From a bacterium (GTDB lineage Bacteria > Electryoneota > Electryoneia > Electryoneales > Electryoneaceae), in contig OY769902.1 in the NCBI GenBank assembly GCA_963669175.1, positions 4,288,001 to 4,352,000 of the forward strand: DNA of 64,000 bases, read 5' to 3'. The first letter of the stretch is position 1. The number at the start of each line of letters is the position of its first letter. The position numbers and the translations under genes are program-made. Below, piece after piece: positions 8,357 to 17,985 of this stretch. The notes under the pieces were generated by a model that worked only from the letters and a program-made list of their open reading frames with translations, was not told the origin of the DNA and did no database searches.

Positions 8357-10654
8357 ATGAGTAAGCGAGAAGCACGAAAAATCCATATATCCGGCGCTGT
8401 GCAAGGTGTCGGATTTCGTCCTTTTGTCTGGCGCATCGCCCATGAGGAAGGTGTCACGGGCGAAGTCGCCAATACGGCGGAGGGTGTGATTATCTCTGTC
8501 GAGGGAGATTCTGCTCAGGTCGATCGTTTCCTTCAACGTCTGCAACAGGAACCGCCCGCCCTTGCACGGATTGACAGCATCCGTGTAGAACCGGCTTCTC
8601 TGTCCAATGTCACGTCCTTTACCATTGTGGAGTCTTCCGGCGGCGTAGCGAACACAGTAATCCTGCCTGACATCGGGTTATGCGATGACTGCTTGATGGA
8701 ACTTTTCGATCCCTCGGAACGGCGTTTTCGTTACCCGTTTATCACCTGCACCAACTGCGGTCCACGCTACAGTATCATCGAAAAACTGCCGTATGATCGT
8801 CCCAATACAACCATGAAGGATTTTCCGCTTTGTCCCGATTGCGCACGTGAATATGCTGATCCATCGGACCGTCGTTTTCACGCTCAGCCACTGGCCTGCC
8901 CGGTCTGCGGCCCTCAACTGGCATTGTTGGATGGCGATGGAAATGTTCTGGCCGAGAAAGATGACGCCCTGATTCAAACCATCCTTGCCATTCAGGACGG
9001 GAAGATCGTTGCGGTTAAAGGCATTGGCGGTTTTCAACTGATGGTCAACGCGCTGAATGAAGACGCGGTTAAACGGTTGCGTTTACGGAAACAGCGTGAA
9101 GAAAAACCCTTCGCGGTGATGATGAGTAATGGCGGGCAGGTGTGCGACTATGTTGAAGCCGATGCGTCCGCTTTCGCGGTCATGTCCGGTCCGGAAGCGC
9201 CGATCCTGCTGTGTCGTAAACGTACTGATCCGTTAGCCAGGCAACTTCCGGATGCGATTGCGCCGGGCAATCCGAACCTGGGCGTCATGTTGCCCTATTC
9301 CCCACTTCACTATTTGCTGATGGGCAGCCTGGGGATTCCGGTTGTCGCCACCAGTGGCAACCTGTCTGACGAACCGATTTGTATCGATGAACAGGAAGCG
9401 CTGGAACGATTGCACGGGATCGCAGACCTGTTCCTGGTACATAATCGCCCGATTGCTCGTCATGTGGATGATTCGGTTGTACGGTTGGTGAATGATGAGG
9501 TGCAGGTGCTACGGCGTGCGCGAGGTTATGCGCCAATGCCGGTACGTTTTGAACAACCTCTCCCGCACATCCTTGCAGTCGGCGCACACTTCAAGAATAC
9601 AGTCGCCCTCTCCGTTGGTCAGAATGTGTTTCTGAGTCAGCATATCGGCGACCTGGAAACAGTGGAAGCTCACCGGGCGTTTCGTGAAAGCGTGGAATCG
9701 CTGCGTGGGCTGTATGACCATCCTCTCGATGCGGTAGCCTGCGACCTGCACCCGGATTACCTGTCCACCCAATACGCGAAATCGTTGGATGTGCCGGTAA
9801 TACCGGTGCAACACCATGAAGCTCATGTGGTCAGTTGCCTGGCTGAGAACCACCTGACCGGCCCGGCGGTCGGGATCGCCTGGGATGGATTGGGCCTGGG
9901 GCATGACCGGACTATCTGGGGCGGTGAGTTTTTCCGGGTTGATGAAGATTATAGCTGCGAACGAGTCGCCAGCCTCATCCCCTTCCCGCTCCCCGGCGGC
10001 GATAAAGCCAATCGTGAACCACGACGGGCTGCGTTGGGTGTGCTGTATACCTTGCTAGGTGAGGACATTTTCCAGCGAAATGACCTGGCTTCCGTGACTG
10101 CTTTTGCTGAGCATGAGTTGACGATGCTGAAAGAGATGTTGTCGCGAGGAACCAATTGCCCTGTGACCAGCAGCATGGGGCGTTTGTTTGACGTAGTAGC
10201 TTCACTGCTGGATCTGCGACAAATCCTGACATTCGAAGGGCAGGCCGCCATGCAGTTGGAATACCTCCTTCATGGAGACATACCTGACAGCAAACCCTAT
10301 TCTTTCCAATGGGTAGAATCCGATCAGGATGTGACCAGGTTGGATTGGCGGCCAATGGTGCGGCAGATTCTGGATAACATTGGAAACGGTATTGCGTGCG
10401 AAATTATCAGCAGGCGTTTTCATGATACGCTGGTTGATATCATCCTTGATGCCACGATACGGTTCGGAGAAAAAAGGGTAGCCATGTCCGGCGGCTGTTT
10501 CCAGAATCGTTATCTTCTGGAACAGGCAATCAAACGGATGACAGAAAACGGATTCGAGCCTGTCTGGCACCGTGAGTTACCGCCCAATGATGGGGGTATC
10601 GCCCTGGGGCAGGTGATGATTGCGGGTAGGATTTTGAAGCAAAGAGAAGAATGA
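8357..10654 (+). CDS. hypF: Carbamoyltransferase HypF
   Basis: Acylphosphatase VQGVGFRPF, two Zn fingers, KGIGGF, QHHEAH, PPNDGGIALGQ. Confidence 0.97.
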   Translation: MSKREARKIHISGAVQGVGFRPFVWRIAHEEGVTGEVANTAEGVIISVEGDSAQVDRFLQRLQQEPPALARIDSIRVEPASLSNVTSFTIVESSGGVANTVILPDIGLCDDCLMELFDPSERRFRYPFITCTNCGPRYSIIEKLPYDRPNTTMKDFPLCPDCAREYADPSDRRFHAQPLACPVCGPQLALLDGDGNVLAEKDDALIQTILAIQDGKIVAVKGIGGFQLMVNALNEDAVKRLRLRKQREEKPFAVMMSNGGQVCDYVEADASAFAVMSGPEAPILLCRKRTDPLARQLPDAIAPGNPNLGVMLPYSPLHYLLMGSLGIPVVATSGNLSDEPICIDEQEALERLHGIADLFLVHNRPIARHVDDSVVRLVNDEVQVLRRARGYAPMPVRFEQPLPHILAVGAHFKNTVALSVGQNVFLSQHIGDLETVEAHRAFRESVESLRGLYDHPLDAVACDLHPDYLSTQYAKSLDVPVIPVQHHEAHVVSCLAENHLTGPAVGIAWDGLGLGHDRTIWGGEFFRVDEDYSCERVASLIPFPLPGGDKANREPRRAALGVLYTLLGEDIFQRNDLASVTAFAEHELTMLKEMLSRGTNCPVTSSMGRLFDVVASLLDLRQILTFEGQAAMQLEYLLHGDIPDSKPYSFQWVESDQDVTRLDWRPMVRQILDNIGNGIACEIISRRFHDTLVDIILDATIRFGEKRVAMSGGCFQNRYLLEQAIKRMTENGFEPVWHRELPPNDGGIALGQVMIAGRILKQREE

Positions 10655-10664
10655 GGAGACACGT

Positions 10665-10919
10665 ATGTGTCTGGCGATACCGGGACGTATTGAATCCATC
10701 ACGGGCGACGACCTGATGCGTACAGCGCAGGTGGATTTTGGTGGCGTCTCACGTAGTGTAAATCTCGCTGTCACCCCGGAAGCCAAAGTCGGTGACTGGG
10801 TGCTGGTGCATGTCGGGATGGCGATTAACGTCATTGATGAAGAGGCTGCCAAGGAGGTGATTGCCGATCTCGAGCAATTACGTGCGTTGGACGATCATGA
10901 CGGGGAGCCGTCCACGTGA
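10665..10919 (+). CDS. hypC: HypC chaperone
   Basis: MCLAIPG and GDWVLVHVG. Confidence 0.97.
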   Translation: MCLAIPGRIESITGDDLMRTAQVDFGGVSRSVNLAVTPEAKVGDWVLVHVGMAINVIDEEAAKEVIADLEQLRALDDHDGEPST

Positions 10920-12001
10920 AATACCTCGATGAGTTCCGTGACCCCCAGGCTGCGAAAGCTTTACTGCATGAAATAGCGCAGACCGTCACCCGTCCCTGGA
11001 CACTGATGGAGGTATGTGGCGGACAGACTCACAGCATTGTGCGCTTTGGTCTGGACCAATTGTTGCCGGAAAAAATCCGGCTGGTGCATGGTCCGGGCTG
11101 TCCGGTATGTGTAACTGCTGCGGCGACAATCGACAAAGCGGTGGCAATTGCCGGAATGCCGGATGTGATTTTCACCTCGTTCGGGGATATGCTTCGTGTG
11201 CCGGGTGGACGTTATGACCTGTTCAGCGCACGTAGCGAAGGCGCAGATGTTCGTACAGTCTATTCCCCACTCGATGCCGTAACACTGGCCCAACAGAATC
11301 CTGATAAAAAAGTAGTGTTCTTTGCGGTTGGTTTTGAAACCACAGCCCCGGCAACAGCCGCAGCCGTTTTGACTGCAGAACAGCTTGGTCTGGAGAATTT
11401 TTACCTTCTGACCGCTCATGTGCTGGTTCCACCTGCGATTACCACAATCATGGATTTGCCCGGAACACAGGTACAGGGATTCCTGGCTGCTGGACATGTT
11501 AATGCAGTGACCGGGTTTGAAGAATATGAACCCATCGTGCAAAAATATGGTGTCCCGATTGTGGTAACCGGTTTTGAGCCGTTTGACCTGTTGAAGGGGA
11601 TTCTGGAAACGGTCACACGATTGGAGCGTGGCGAACCGGCTGTAGTCAATGCCTATTCACGTGCTGTCCAGCGTGAAGGCAACACACATGCGCTGGCCTT
11701 GATTCGCAAGGTATTCAGCGTATGCGACCGTGAATGGCGGGGTATCGGTGTTATCCCGCATAGCGGCTGGACATTAAATGAAACCTATGCCGCATTTGAT
11801 GCAGAAAAGCACTTTGATACAGGTGCGCCGGTGATTCGAGAAGAAGTCGTTTGCATTAGTGGCCAGATTTTGCAGGGAATCAAGAAACCGTCCGACTGCC
11901 CGGCCTTCGGTACAACCTGCACCCCGCATCATCCCCTTGGAGCGACTATGGTTTCAAATGAAGGGGCCTGTGCGGCATACTTCAAGTACAGGGGAAAGTG
12001 A
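10916..12001 (+). CDS. hypD: HypD
   Basis: [21 protein letters not shown] and [10 protein letters not shown]. Confidence 0.97.
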   Translation: MKYLDEFRDPQAAKALLHEIAQTVTRPWTLMEVCGGQTHSIVRFGLDQLLPEKIRLVHGPGCPVCVTAAATIDKAVAIAGMPDVIFTSFGDMLRVPGGRYDLFSARSEGADVRTVYSPLDAVTLAQQNPDKKVVFFAVGFETTAPATAAAVLTAEQLGLENFYLLTAHVLVPPAITTIMDLPGTQVQGFLAAGHVNAVTGFEEYEPIVQKYGVPIVVTGFEPFDLLKGILETVTRLERGEPAVVNAYSRAVQREGNTHALALIRKVFSVCDREWRGIGVIPHSGWTLNETYAAFDAEKHFDTGAPVIREEVVCISGQILQGIKKPSDCPAFGTTCTPHHPLGATMVSNEGACAAYFKYRGK

Positions 12002-12091
12002 AAAAGTAGGCAGTGAAAAAGGTAAAAAAGGTAAAGAAGGATACAACAAATCGGATATCAGCTACTATTATTTATTTTCAACACAACAACA

Positions 12092-12191
12092 ATTCCTAAT
12101 TCCTAATTTCTAATCATATTGTGGTTCCTGATCACTAATTGTTCGCTAGTTTTAATTTTTGATTCTTAATTCTTAATTCTTAATTCTTAAT
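12092..12191. repeat. TTCYTAA heptamer tandem repeats in the hypD-hypE spacer
   Basis: (TTCTTAA)x4 at about 12164-12191 and degenerate copies near 12092-12113. Confidence 0.75.
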
Positions 12192-12213
12192 TGATTTAAG
12201 TTGTGGGGTTTCC

Positions 12214-13269
12214 ATGAAGAAAGAAGCTGAGTTTACCTTGTCTTGTCCGTTACCGATAGCGGAGTATCCCACCATACAGCAGGCGCATGGTGGCGGGGGT
12301 ACTCTGATGCATCAATTGATTGAGAAGGTGTTTGTCGCTGCTTTCGGAGATGATTCTGTCGAAAGCAGGCACGATGCTGCACGTTTTGATCTTCCTGAAG
12401 GATCATTGGCCTTCACCACAGATTCTTTTGTGGTGAAACCGCTCTTCTTTCCCGGTGGCAATATCGGGTCGCTGGCGATTCACGGAACCGTGAACGATTT
12501 ATCCGCAGCCGGCGCCCAACCACTCTATCTCAGCGCGGGATTTATCCTGGAAGAAGGGCTGCCGATGGAATCGTTGTGGGCCATCGTAACCTCCATGCGG
12601 CATGCCGCGGATGAAGCGGGAGTAAAAATCGTTACCGGCGACACCAAGGTTGTTGAACGTGGTAAGGGTGATGGTGTTTATATCAACACATCCGGCGTAG
12701 GCGTTATTCCTCCGGGCATTCGCATTCACCCGGACCGGATCAGGCCCGGCGATGTGCTATTGGTTAATGGCGATTTGGGACGGCATGGCTCGGCGATCAT
12801 GGCAGCGCGTGAAGATCTGGGCTTCGCCTCCACCATCGAAACCGATTCCGCAGCGTTGAATGGGCTGGTCACAGCGTTGCTTGAAGCTGGAATCGATGTG
12901 CATTGTATTCGTGACCTGACCCGTGGCGGGTTGGGCAGTGCCTTGAATGAGCTGGCCGAAACGGCTGATGTAGGCGTTGAGGTTGACGAAAACACGATCC
13001 GTGTGCGGGATGATGTACAAGCGTTATGTGAAGTCCTGGGGCTTGATCCGTTGTATGTGGCTAATGAGGGACGGATGGTGATCATTGTCCCGGAAGCGGA
13101 AGCCCAGCGTGCGTTGGAAATCATGCGGACAGTTGTAACAGGAGAAGACAGTTTCGTTTGCGGAAAGGTTACCGATTCCGACCGTGGCATAGTGTTGCTG
13201 AAAACCGGGCTTGGTTCTAAACGGGTGCTGTCCATGCTGAGTGGCGAGCAGTTGCCACGTATTTGTTGA
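12214..13269 (+). CDS. hypE: HypE
   Basis: HGGGG, GDTKVV, RDLTRGG and C-terminal PRIC. Confidence 0.97.
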   Translation: MKKEAEFTLSCPLPIAEYPTIQQAHGGGGTLMHQLIEKVFVAAFGDDSVESRHDAARFDLPEGSLAFTTDSFVVKPLFFPGGNIGSLAIHGTVNDLSAAGAQPLYLSAGFILEEGLPMESLWAIVTSMRHAADEAGVKIVTGDTKVVERGKGDGVYINTSGVGVIPPGIRIHPDRIRPGDVLLVNGDLGRHGSAIMAAREDLGFASTIETDSAALNGLVTALLEAGIDVHCIRDLTRGGLGSALNELAETADVGVEVDENTIRVRDDVQALCEVLGLDPLYVANEGRMVIIVPEAEAQRALEIMRTVVTGEDSFVCGKVTDSDRGIVLLKTGLGSKRVLSMLSGEQLPRIC

Positions 13270-13332
13270 CAACGTGAGGCTTTTATATTTGGCTGCTCAC
13301 AGGAATTTGTGTGAATTATCTACGAGTACGTT

Positions 13333-13587
13333 TCGTCAGGTCTTGACGTGATGCCGTTTTCGCGTTCTTCTCCGCAATTTCAGACACCTGTCCGACTTCA
13401 CACATGCTATTTCGCTTGATGGATCGTCATCAGGCATCACGTTGTGACCTGACGACAGCGAGAATGTTGAATCAGGTGGCAGGTCACAACGCGACAATAA
13501 CAGGGCGCGAGGTGGTTTCAGTATCATTGTGCATTCTGGAAAACACAGCAAAAGTCGAAGACGAAATGTCGCGTCAAGACCTGCCAC
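13333..13587. repeat. Two adjacent inverted-repeat-bounded units built from four copies of CAGGTCWYRACGYGA
   Basis: IR pair 13333-13355/13433-13455 (20/23 match) and IR pair 13476-13496/13567-13587 (18/21 match). Confidence 0.8.
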
Positions 13588-13694
13588 AACATCGCCCGGA
13601 TGCACAAATTCTTGTGAGGAACCTCATATATGAATCCTTTGATTGCAATGAAAAACGCTTACACACTCCCCATGTTCTGCTTATATTCCTGCTG

Positions 13695-14318
13695 ATGAGC
13701 GAACTTGTCGACACATACCTCACACTGGCCGGCGAAGGTCAGGCGCGCACCAAGGTCAAGGGAAGCGTGTTCATCGCTTATGCTGTCCCGGTCGCAGACG
13801 CTGAAGACGCGGACCGTATCCTGCAAGGCTGGTGGAAGCAGCATTATGACGCGACCCATATCGGTTGGGGACGTCGGCTGGGTGTGCCCCCGGATGGCGA
13901 AGAACGCTGGGATGACAACGGCGAACCGCACGGCACCACCGGCCCGCCTATCCTCCAGGCAATCACCGGACAGGATTTGTGGGGAGTACTGGTCGGTGTT
14001 GTCCGTTATTACGGCGGCACCAAACTGGGCACAGGCGGCTTGGTACGGGCGTATGGTGAGGCGGCAGTTAAAGCGGTCGCGGCAGCTCCACGAAAAACCA
14101 TTCATATCACCGATACGCTACATGTAACCGTGCCTCTCCCCCTTATCGGGCAAGTGTATTCGGAAGCGGACAAGGCAGGCGCTGTTCCGTCCGAGCCGAT
14201 TTATGCGCCCAATGAAGTCACCATCCCGCTGACCATTTCCATCCTTCGTACTGAAGCTCTGAAAATTTCCCTGCGTGATGCCACAGCCGGGAAAGCGTTG
14301 ATGAGGATCGACTCATGA
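13695..14318 (+). CDS. yigZ: YigZ/IMPACT family protein
   Basis: KGSVFIA, DATH, DDNGEPHGTTGPPIL and RYYGGTKLGTGGLVRAY. Confidence 0.9.
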   Translation: MSELVDTYLTLAGEGQARTKVKGSVFIAYAVPVADAEDADRILQGWWKQHYDATHIGWGRRLGVPPDGEERWDDNGEPHGTTGPPILQAITGQDLWGVLVGVVRYYGGTKLGTGGLVRAYGEAAVKAVAAAPRKTIHITDTLHVTVPLPLIGQVYSEADKAGAVPSEPIYAPNEVTIPLTISILRTEALKISLRDATAGKALMRIDS

Positions 14319-15547
14319 GTCTCGATTTGATTCTTCTGATCCTCTGCCTGTTACTGAGCGGCTTTTTCTCCGGAACGGAAACAGCGTATACCGTTGTACG
14401 GCGAATTGCGGTAGAAGTGTACGTCCGTCATAATCGTGTCGGTTCGAAAGTCGCACAAAAGTTCGCGTCCAATACCAACCTGCTGTTTACCATTGTCCTG
14501 GTCGCCAACAACCTGGTCGCAGTGGTGTACTCTTCAGTGGCAGCGCTTTTTCTTCGGGCCATTGGCGTTCCGATGGAGATCGTTTTTATTGTGAGCCCTT
14601 TGCTACTGCTGGTATTCGGCGAGATCCTGCCGAAAACCCTGGCGCGTGATGTGGCGGAAAAATGGGTTCTCCTGTCCGCTTGGCCGTTGCGCTTATTTTA
14701 CTGGTTACTCTGGCCGTTGGTAATTATCAGTAGTGCGGCCAGCAAGGTTGTCCTGTTCCTCTTTGGCGAGAAAAGTACTGATCGTGATGCACATTCGCTT
14801 ACCTTGACCGACCTTCGTGTGACTTGGCATGAACTCAGGCGTAGCGGACAAGTGGACTGGGATGAAGCGGAGATGCTGGATCGTGTGGTAACGCTTCGCC
14901 ATATGAAGCTCCGTTCAGCCATGACTCCACGTCCCCAGATTGTCGGTATCCCCGAAAATGCGTCGCGCGAAGAAGTTGTCGATGCGATTCACAGTTCCGG
15001 CTATTCACGCTTCCCGGTATACCGTGAGAATATTGATCATATTGTAGGCATCCTGCTGGCTTGGGATCTGTTGCGAAATGACAGCGACACCTCGGTTTTA
15101 ATCCGTCCGGCATTGTTCGTGCCCTTGCAGTCCCCTGTCGCCAAGGTCATCTCCAAGCTGAAAGAGCAGAAAACAGGAATGGCCATCGTGGTTGATGAGC
15201 ATGGCGGTACGGCCGGATTGATTACGATTGAGGATCTGGTTGAAGAAATAGTCGGTGAGATTGATGATGAGTTTGACCGACATTCGTTCAAACCACGCGA
15301 AGTCGCACACGGCGCTTTCCTGCTGCCCGGGGTTGCTGATCTGGACATGATCCGTCGCCAATGCAACATCACCTTACCTGAAGGTGATTATGAGACTGTT
15401 GCCGGCTTGGTGATTGACCGGTTAAAAGGTATCCCGGAGCCGGGCGCAACGATTCAGGTGGGATCAGCGATTATTCGTGTTGCCGACGCGGATGACCGTC
15501 GCATTAAACGAGTGCTGGTTCGCGCGCGTCAACCAAAAAGTAACTGA
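14315..15547 (+). CDS. CNNM/CBS/CorC domain protein (hemolysin/TlyC family)
   Basis: [47 protein letters not shown]. Confidence 0.92.
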   Translation: MSLDLILLILCLLLSGFFSGTETAYTVVRRIAVEVYVRHNRVGSKVAQKFASNTNLLFTIVLVANNLVAVVYSSVAALFLRAIGVPMEIVFIVSPLLLLVFGEILPKTLARDVAEKWVLLSAWPLRLFYWLLWPLVIISSAASKVVLFLFGEKSTDRDAHSLTLTDLRVTWHELRRSGQVDWDEAEMLDRVVTLRHMKLRSAMTPRPQIVGIPENASREEVVDAIHSSGYSRFPVYRENIDHIVGILLAWDLLRNDSDTSVLIRPALFVPLQSPVAKVISKLKEQKTGMAIVVDEHGGTAGLITIEDLVEEIVGEIDDEFDRHSFKPREVAHGAFLLPGVADLDMIRRQCNITLPEGDYETVAGLVIDRLKGIPEPGATIQVGSAIIRVADADDRRIKRVLVRARQPKSN

Positions 15548-15560
15548 GAAGCATATGGCA

Positions 15561-15705
15561 ATTCCAATTATTAATCCGTCATAGGGTCATGTGCTATATC
15601 AGTGAAATATCCTCTAAATGGTTGGAAGAAAGGATCATGGGAAAAGGGGACTGCCCTTTTACCGGCAATCTCCATGGTGACGGAATAAAATCGAGAACAG
15701 ATATT
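15561..15705 (+). repeat. Dispersed intergenic element, internally deleted copy
   Basis: Shares TCCGTCAT.GGTCATGTGC..ATCAGTGAAA and CCGGCAATCTC...CGGAATAAAATCGAGAACAG with 44186-44505. Confidence 0.8.
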
Positions 15706-15823
15706 CAATACAGAACAATATTCAGAAACTCCAGGCAGGTAGATCGAGTGCAATAGATTGGTATATTGTTCTGCAAGGCTGGAAAATCCGGCTTACGGAC
15801 CCCAACAAAAAAAGGGACCAGGC

Positions 15824-17131
15824 ATGAGAACCAGATCTTTGTTCAAAGGTTGGACGATTAATCGAACCAGGGCTTTGCTGTTATCCGGCCTGTTATTGTT
15901 CAGTATGGCACTGTTGCTGGGCTGTCCGGATGATTCAGATGTTATTCCTCCTGCGCCACCGGAATCCATCCGCCTGGGCGCCGTCCTCGACCGGACAGGT
16001 GCATCTGCCTCTTTTGGTAATCCCTGCGCCATTGCTTGCAGCCTTGCGGCCCTCGATGTCAACGAGTACCTGGTAGAAAATGATATCGACCTTGAGCTTG
16101 ACCTGGTAATTCTGGATGACCAGGGTGATGACGAAGCTGCCGAGGTTCGTCTTTCCAACCTGACCACGGATAATATTCAGTATATCATCGGCCCCTCAAC
16201 CAGCGCCATCGCAGAAGCGGTTCGCAGCCAGGCGCAGCAGCATAACGCCATGATGGTCAGCCCTTCCAGTGTGGCGACTTCGCTCGCGGACTCCACCGAC
16301 ACCATTTACCGTCTGGCGCCGGATGACAGTCATCAGTCTGCGGCGATTACAGCATACATGACACAGGTGGATGATATTGAGGCCGTCATTACCTTGTATC
16401 GTGATGATGTCTGGGGACAGGATCTGTACGAAACGACATCCGCGGACTTCGAAGCGGCCGGCATTGATGTCCTGCAGGGTATTGCCTATCCCACATCCAC
16501 GACAGATTTCACCGCCTATCTTGATGATATTGAAGATATTGTGATGGATGCGATTGATGTATATTCGGACACAACCATCGCAGTGTACATGCTGACTTTC
16601 AACGAAGCGTATTATGTTTTTAATTCACTGCAAGACCATACCCTGAACGCCCAGGAGATGATTCGTTTTTACGGTGCATCCGCCATAGCCAAGAGTCCGG
16701 CAATCTTTGCGAGTTCAAGTGTCGCCAACCTTGCAGCGGTAAAGGGATTCACCTGCCCGGTGTTTGCAGAACAGGATAACCAGGTAGTGGATCAGCTCAG
16801 ATACCGGATCAAACTGATCACGGACGAAGATCCCGGTTCCTACGCATTTGCGGCCTATGACGCCCTTTGGCTTGGCGCACTGGCCTATATCGAAATTGGC
16901 GAAGTAAACCCGGATTTCGACACCTTGCTTAGCGCTTTCCTGCAGGTGAGTTCCGGCTATGAAGGCAAGACAGGCGTCATAGAACTGAATGCCTGTGGTG
17001 ACAGGGCTTTCGGTGACTATGACTTCTGGCAGATCAAGTACGACACAGAGCTGGAAGAGTTTGTCTGGGATAAGGTCGCCATCTGGGATGTCAGCGATGA
17101 TGGCTCAACCGGTTCAATTGTGATTCCATAG
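15824..17131 (+). CDS. Lipoprotein, type-I periplasmic binding fold (LivK-like), orphan
   Basis: Lipobox LLLGC; IIGPSTS, SPSSVATSL..IYRLAPDD, AYDALW. Confidence 0.85.
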   Translation: MRTRSLFKGWTINRTRALLLSGLLLFSMALLLGCPDDSDVIPPAPPESIRLGAVLDRTGASASFGNPCAIACSLAALDVNEYLVENDIDLELDLVILDDQGDDEAAEVRLSNLTTDNIQYIIGPSTSAIAEAVRSQAQQHNAMMVSPSSVATSLADSTDTIYRLAPDDSHQSAAITAYMTQVDDIEAVITLYRDDVWGQDLYETTSADFEAAGIDVLQGIAYPTSTTDFTAYLDDIEDIVMDAIDVYSDTTIAVYMLTFNEAYYVFNSLQDHTLNAQEMIRFYGASAIAKSPAIFASSSVANLAAVKGFTCPVFAEQDNQVVDQLRYRIKLITDEDPGSYAFAAYDALWLGALAYIEIGEVNPDFDTLLSAFLQVSSGYEGKTGVIELNACGDRAFGDYDFWQIKYDTELEEFVWDKVAIWDVSDDGSTGSIVIP

Positions 17132-17179
17132 GATTCATTTTCATTTTGCAGGCAATAGCGCCTCAACAGGGAGAAAGAT

Positions 17180-17779
17180 TTGAACGCCGAAGAAATACTC
17201 GACCACCTCAGTGATGGCAACGAGCGTTTTTGTGACGGGAAGTCTACTCTAACTGCCAAACTTGCTGAACAACGTCTGGATACTGCACAAAACGGGCAGC
17301 ATCCTCATACGGTTGTGTTGACCTGTTCCGACTCACGTGTTGTCCCGGAACTGATTTTTGACCAGGGAATCGGCGAGCTGTTTGTCGTCCGGGTCGCTGG
17401 TAATGTTGCCGGTGAAAGCGAAGTCGGCTCAGTTGAATTCGCTGTAAAGAAGTTGGAAACGCCGCTTCTGATCGTGCTCGGTCACGATGACTGCGGAGCA
17501 GTGACAGCAGCTTGCATGTCCGCCGATGTACCTGAGAACGTGCAGAAAATCCTTGACCGGATTCACCATCCGATCAGGAAAGTGCGTGCTGCTTATCATG
17601 ACATCGATGACCTGACCGAGATTGAACGCGCGATCGAAGCCAATGTCGATCACGTCATCGAAGGTTTGCTGGAAAAGAGCGCGGTGATCTCCGATGCGGT
17701 TGACCAGGGAAAATTGCTGATCGTCCCGGCGATCTATCGTATTGACAGCGGTAAAGTCGTCTACCTCGCTGACCAGTAA
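17180..17779 (+). CDS. Beta-class carbonic anhydrase
   Basis: CSDSRV, VRVAGN and HDDCGA. Confidence 0.95.
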   Translation: MNAEEILDHLSDGNERFCDGKSTLTAKLAEQRLDTAQNGQHPHTVVLTCSDSRVVPELIFDQGIGELFVVRVAGNVAGESEVGSVEFAVKKLETPLLIVLGHDDCGAVTAACMSADVPENVQKILDRIHHPIRKVRAAYHDIDDLTEIERAIEANVDHVIEGLLEKSAVISDAVDQGKLLIVPAIYRIDSGKVVYLADQ

Positions 17780-17985
17780 ACACAGGGCTAATTTTGCCTG
17801 TTGATTGAAGTATTCGAGTAATCATAAAGGTTACACTTGATGCTTATTCTCAATTGCGTTTTTACATAAGTCAATAATTAACAATAGCATAAATCGCATC
17901 ATGAATTGTTCTTACTATTTTGAGCGATGCATGTTTATTTTTAGTACGGTATTTGCTACAAGGTTTATGTCGACATTGACCAGCA

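Noticed and set aside
13404-13694. N-terminal extension of YigZ
   Set aside because: It overlaps the inverted-repeat element; family similarity begins at ATG 13695.
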